Source: Eledone cirrhosa
Lineage: Eukaryota
DNA: 64,000 nt
Direction of reading: 5' to 3'
Assembly (NCBI GenBank): GCA_964016885.1
Contig: OZ024743.1
Coordinates: forward strand, 89,528,001-89,592,000
Under the pieces are notes generated by a model. It saw only the letters and a program-made list of their open reading frames with translations, was not told the origin of the DNA and did not search any database. Below are positions 58,008 through 64,000 of this stretch, in pieces (positions within the stretch are counted from its first letter, which is position 1; each line of letters starts with the position of its first letter). The position numbers and the translations under genes were made by a program.

Positions 58008-61000
58008 GAGTCTGAACGGACGTCTTTTTGCTCGCTCCCGTAAGTTCACTTATTTACCTGTAAAAACTGATTTATTGAATTTTTTGTTGTTGTGTAAGGC
58101 ACACAAGCCCTCGGACTTTGCCCTGTGAAGGGAAAAAAATAATATTTGGACCTTTTGGTCCAAATATTTGAACTTTTTTACATTTTAAAAATTATCGAGA
58201 AAAAACACAAACAAAAAAAACATGGCTGAGCCACGCCCCCCAGCGATATGTCTGCTGTCGTGCGACAACGACGTAGAAGTTGAGAGGAGCGCTACAGCGA
58301 AATTAACAGAAATTGATAGAACAGACACCACCAAAATCAAGGTAAACAAAGACACCAATGATACCAATGAGAAGTCTAATTTTGAAAAAAATGTCATTAA
58401 CAGCGACAACGAAAATACAGAGAACAGAAAAAATAACAAATGCAACAACAATATCAACACCACTAACATGAAAACAAATAGCGACAACACCAACAGCAAC
58501 AATACCAACTGCACCGAGAACAACGGTGGCACCAAAGACAGCAATGATAACAGCGACAGTGATAACAACAACACCAACAAGAACAACGTCAACAATACTC
58601 CCAACGACAACAAGAAGAACACTTTCGCTGCGGCATCAGCAAAAAAGAGGCCATGCTTCAACATGGACCTCTCAAACAAAGATGAAAAGTTGGCCCAGGC
58701 ATGGAAGCTCATCAAGCAAGAACAAACCTGGGCCAACTTAACTGTCCCTGTAGAAGCTATTGAGGCAGTGGAGCGCAGAACGGTGCATTATAGATGCATC
58801 TCAGCACAAACCAAAAGGGCAGCTTTAATCCCACAAGAAGATGTCGAAGTCGCGCTGAGGTGCATCAGAGAAGACACCGAATACATAGCGAGGGGCAGAC
58901 AGTACGGCACCATTTCGGTGCTGTTCAAGTCAGAAGCCCTCGCTATGAAACACGCTATGACTCCTTGCAAAACCAGCAAGGTCATAATGTACCCCTCTCA
59001 CATGGGAAAAAGAACGGCCCGTCTCCGTATTCCCAGAATCCCACCAGGACTTGACATGTGGTGGCTTCTGGGATGTGTGATTGTGGAGGGGACGGATACC
59101 GTCCCGATAGAAGTGACCAGAACGGCCAGAGAGGACTGGTCCGGGGTTGACCTGGAGATCCTTCTCCAGATAAGGCCCGAGAATGTGAAGACAATCCCGG
59201 ACCACATCCGCCTTCAGAATGGGACGGTCATTCATATTATGACCGAAGGCAATAGGCCGGATTGTTTTGTTTGTGGGGAAAAAACTCATTTGCGAGCCTT
59301 CAGCCCTCAACTGCTGAAAGATGTAAGTGGTCGAAAGGCTCCATTGTTCGATGGGCCCGCGTGGCAAAGGCGCAGCGTGGTAATAAAACCAGGATTCGGT
59401 CTTTGACGAACCGAGACGGACACGAGCTGAGCGATTCCAAGCGGATGTGAGGTCTTTCGCCAACATTTTGCTCGGTTGTTCGGGGGAAGTGGCGGGTCAG
59501 AGACGTTGGCGGACTTCAGTCCCTACCTCGATGGCTTGCCGCAGCTCTTGACGGCTGACGCTGGGCGCTGCGAAAGGCCAATTACTTCAGCCGAGATTCA
59601 GGATGCCCTTGTCGGCTGCATGAGGCGCAAGTCACCCGGTTTGGATGGTCTGCCCTACGAGCTTTAAGTAAATATGCCAGACTTGTTCTCCAATCTCCTC
59701 GAAGCCCTCTACTGCAACTGGCAGCAAAACGGGAGTATTACCAGTTCTGTGAGCCGGAGCGTAGTGACGCTGATAAGGAAAGACGAGAACAAGAGGGACA
59801 CATTAGACAATTTCAGGTCCATAACTCGGCTCAACACAGAGTTTAAGATTTTGAACAGGGTGTTAGCGAAGAGGTTGGCGCTTGTCGTCGGGGATTTGGT
59901 TGGGGAGGCGCAATACACGACAATCTCCACCTAATGCGATACATCATAGAGAGGGTAGGGTGTAAACCTGGCTTCGATGGGGCTCTGATCAATTTAGATC
60001 AATCGAAAGCATTCGATAGGGTCGACCATCGATACCTGGAGGCTGTCCTCAAGGCGGCTGTCTTCGGCCCCTTCTTCAGAAGCTGGATCGCTGCAATGCA
60101 CAGCGGCACCTGCTCGATGGTCAAAATTAATGGCCACCTCTCGGAACCGTTTCAGGTCTCCCGAATCGGTCCGTTTCAGGTCTCCCGATCGGCCCTCTCT
60201 CCTCCCTTCTGTACGTATTGACTCTCGAGCCTTTACTGCGGAAGCCGGAGCTGTTGCAGGGCATCCCGCTCGAACCGGGACGCGGAAAGGCTGTGTCGGC
60301 TTATGCGGACGACATCACCGTGATGGTGTCGGACACATCAGAAATCGAGGTGGCCGGCAACTTTTTGGAGGAATATGAAAGGTTGACGGGAGCCAAACTT
60401 AACCCGGAAAAGTCGGTGGGCTTATAACTCGGTACCTGGAGAGGCAAGTCCATGCCGTCCAACAGCGTCGTTAGGCGCTGGACGGACGGACCGGTAAAGT
60501 TGCTCGGGGTTTGGTTCGGGCCATACCTCCAGGTGGATAAGAATTGGGACGAGGTGACAGGCAGAGTAGCCAGTTTCACCCAGAAATGGGCTGGGAGGAA
60601 GCTATCACTGAAAGGTTGGGCGGAGGTGGCGAACGCGTACATCGCGTCCGTCATCTACTACCGTCTGACCGTCGTCCCTTGCCCCCTTTCGTGCCTCGCC
60701 ATCTTGGAGCGGCTCCTCTACACATTCTTGTGGCGCGGTCAGGCGGTCAAGTTCCGCTGGTGAGGCGGCCCATCTGCTGCCAGCACCCTCTACGTGGAGG
60801 GCTGGGCATGCCGTGGCTAATGATGCGCAGACACGCGCGGAGGCTGCGGCATCTTCAGATATTCTGCCTAAACAGTGAACAGGTGTGGTCGCCGTTTGTC
60901 AGACGAGCCTTTCCGCAGCTCGTTTCTTTGACTGAGCTGCAGTCCTGGGTCAAGAAGAGACCGAGACTGGGTGACTGGCATCTGGAATGTTGCCAGGCAC

Positions 61001-61965
61001 TCACTTCCCTCTACCAGGTGAGCAATGCGATCAGTGGAACTTCCACTCTCGAGTTCTATAGAGGATTAGTGGTGGGCAAGTGCGACGACGCACTCGGAGA
61101 GGCTCTGGGAGTCGACAAAGTGGAACTAACCAGTCTGTTCAGGAGGACTTTCGAGCCGGGGACGATGGATAATTTCCAAAAATCCCTCGCTTGGCAGTGC
61201 TACCGGGAGGCACTGCCGGTTCGAGATAAACTCTACAGGCACAGAAGTACTGTCAGACGGACCTGCCCGAGATGCGCGCAGAGCGACGAAACCGTTCTGC
61301 ACGCACTCGTCCAGTGTCCGTGCATTACTGACTTGTGGAGTTATGTTGAACAGCTGTTGTCGCGTGTAGAACGGATCCGGCTATCGGCCGAGTCCATAGT
61401 GAAGATCAGTCCGCCGCCTTCTTTTGACCAGGAAGGGCAGGCAATTTTCCTCTGTCTGGTGGCAGTAGCGAAAGAGGTTTATGGTGGACGAGGTTGAAAG
61501 GACTGAAGACAGACACTTTTCTCTTCGGCCAATCCCTCAACTTTTTCAAGTTTCACTTGGAAAGGAAGGTGAGGGTGGAGAGAGAAGTGCTTCCCCCCAG
61601 TACATTTGCTGAAAGGTGGTAGAATGTGGCGAGAATGGCCCGTGTGAGTGGGCCTACTCTGGTCATGCGGCTGTAGGTAGGTAAATTTGAAGAGGAGAGG
61701 GTTGCCCTTCCAAGGTGCTCTCGAAGCGTCGGGTCGTTCAGGACTGGTGGGGTACCTGAGCGAACCCTAGATGGTCATCCCCCTTATTGGGGAATTTTTT
61801 CTTTGTTGTAATTTTATTGTTACTTTATTGTTACTTTGTTATTGTTACTTTGTTATTGTTATTCATATTGTTTACTCGATTTTTCTGTAAAACCCCACTG
61901 TCCCAGTCTTTTGTATATGTCGGCCCTTGTGGCCAATAAATGAAATCATTATTATTATTATTATT
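58008..61965 (+). mobile_element. Tx1-type LINE with 5' UTR, ORF1 and internally deleted ORF2 (array unit 3)
   Basis: ORF1 starts at 58222. [32 protein letters not shown] spans 59630-60400. No APE domain. (ATT)n tail at 61948-61965. Confidence 0.9.
58222..59406 (+). pseudogene. Tx1-type ORF1 (gag-like nucleic-acid-binding protein), truncated by a deletion
   Basis: Asn-rich N-terminus, RGRQYGTISVLF block and knuckle CFVCGEKTHLRAFS (last Cys lost). Runs out of frame into ORF2 sequence after ~59315. Confidence 0.75.
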
Positions 61966-64000
61966 GGCGACCTACGTAGTAAATCGTATTATCGTGAGCT
62001 CTGCAAAGGTATGTTATTTTCAGTTGTTCAAAATTGCCATTTATGGAAAATTTTTATAGTTAACTGTATATAAGTGCACATACATTGTTTTCTGAAAAGG
62101 ACACTCAAAAAGATTGGGGCCTTGAGCCCAAAATTTAAACTTTTATAATTATCAAACAAAGATTTTTCTTTGAAAAATCATGGACGACTCTGAGTCACAC
62201 CTTCCTCACAAACTAACACCTCGCACCGACACCACCATTGTAAATATTACTACGTTTGCCAACACTAAAAATATAAGCAGTAGCAATATTTTAAATTTGT
62301 CTCAGGCAGATATTCACTTCCCGCCATTACCAATGACTGCAGGTGTTAAAGCCGCCACCTCACCACTACCACAGCGACAACAGAAACAAAAGAAAAAATA
62401 AATTAACTCGTGATATCGAAATGAATTCAACCAGAATGAACTCTTCCACACCGAACACCACTGACGCCACCACCACCACCACAACTGAAACTAAAATTAA
62501 CAATAACAAAAATAACGATAACAACAACCAAAACAATGAAATTAAGAAAACCACCCTGAGTTTTGCCAGAGTAGCAAAACAGTGCGATGCGTTCCAGGTA
62601 ACTCAGGAGGAATTAGAAGAAACCAAAAAAATGGTAAAGAAAGATGGGTACAGGGTCAGCCCCCCCCCCCCCCACACACACACCTAATAAATGGAGCATC
62701 GGCGCCTATGCACCATGTCTTATCGGACGATAAATATAAAATCGCGCCGAGTGGAACGGGCATCCGAGTCCCAAATCTAAAAAGCTTTGGGACATGTGGG
62801 GGCAAAGAAAACCCACATCAGACGTGGGCAGAAATATGGAACCGTGGACGTGTTCTTTGAAACACCACAGGAGGCCAGAGAACACTCCATGGCCCCATTA
62901 AGAAGTGACGACTTCACACTCGTCTCAAGCTATTGTGGCCAGAGACTCGTGAAGATCAAGGTGACCCACGTTCCACCGGCCATCGAAATTCCCTGGCTAA
63001 TAGCTGCCGTCCTCGCCAGCCAACACCAAGATAATCGAAATAGCGAAAGAAAAGCAGGAGAACTGGTCCGGTTCTGGGATGGAGCTCCTGATCCAAGCGG
63101 ACCAAAAAAGCATTGAGGAGATCCCAGAGGTAATAGACCTCACTGACGGCAGCCACCTCACCGTAATCGTCGAGGGCAGAAGGCCTAGGTGTGTCGTTTG
63201 TGGTGAAGGAACCCACCTAAGGGCTTTCTGCCCTCAGGCTAAAAGGTTGAGGCCACCTCTCTTACCCACCCCAGTGACTCAACCATCAACATCACCAGCA
63301 GCAGAGATGGCAGCAACAACTGTAGCAGCAACAACAGAAGCAACTGCAACAGCAACAACCCCAGCAACAGTAGCAAAACCAACACCACCACCACCCAACG
63401 CGCCAGTACTAGCACAAGCGCCTACACCTTCCACCACGACACAACCAAAACTAACGCCTGTGGAGGATTTTCCACTCCCCGGCCTATCACAACTGGAGAC
63501 AGATTGTGACGACGAGGAGTGGGAAACTGTATCAGGAAAAAAGAAAAAAAGAAACCAAAAAAGAAAAAATTCTCTTTCCTCCCCCTCCCAAAACAAAATA
63601 CAGAGGGAAACAAATAAACTATCAAACAAAAAAGTTAGGACAGATATGCCACCATCCACACCAGCATCACCAACCCCACCACCACAAACACCAACACCAG
63701 CACCATCATTAATCCCAACACCACCATCACCAACACCACAAAAGTCACCAAAAAGCGAAACAGAAACAAACCCACAACAAACGCAAACAAAACAAAACAA
63801 CCAAAACGATACACACTACACAGCATTAAATTTGAACAACAACCAATTATTACACTACATGCAACACAACACCAGCATCACAGAAAAATACTATACAACA
63901 ACCCAAAAGTTCACACCACCTCCACACATACAAATCACTCGCATCACACAGAAAACGTACACGACACTAAAACAAAAATTCCCCAAAGACATCGGAGACT
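61966..64000 (+). mobile_element. 5' part of a second Tx1-type family: 5' UTR and frameshifted ORF1 (array unit 4, runs off the window)
   Basis: ATG at 62180, RRGQKYGTVDVFF, intact CCHC knuckle CVVCGEGTHLRAFC (63190-63231), then a Thr/Pro-rich tail. Confidence 0.85.

Noticed and set aside
58096-58135. HDV-like ribozyme in the Tx1 5' UTR
   Set aside because: Only a short GGCA/TGCC pairing; the nested pseudoknot and catalytic segment were not found.

Overview
AT-rich, microsatellite-saturated animal genomic DNA with no recognisable host gene. The repeat content suggests a coleoid cephalopod, probably Octopus; this is an inference from SINE and microsatellite style, not a database result. The window is a dense mosaic of decayed mobile elements: at least six Penelope-like element (PLE) remnants from several lineages, Tx1-type L1 LINEs (three copies inside (GATA)n and a head-to-tail array inside (ATT)n at 55.5-64 kb), RTE, CR1, R4/Dong-like and CRE-like LINE fragments, two tRNA-derived SINE families, non-autonomous Helitrons and hAT-type MITEs. 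The most notable signal is non-coding: more than a dozen type I hammerhead-ribozyme motifs (CUGAnGA...GAAA...NUH, often with a palindromic stem III) read by eye in PLE 3' tails and in short solo elements between (TA)n tracts. Several of those solo elements are fold-back palindromes whose axis lies at or just upstream of the ribozyme core. The dominant SINE also shares its 3' end and (ATT)n tail with the Tx1 LINE and is interleaved in the same tandem array. Most ORFs in the track are microsatellite translations. All calls are by-eye and coordinates are approximate.
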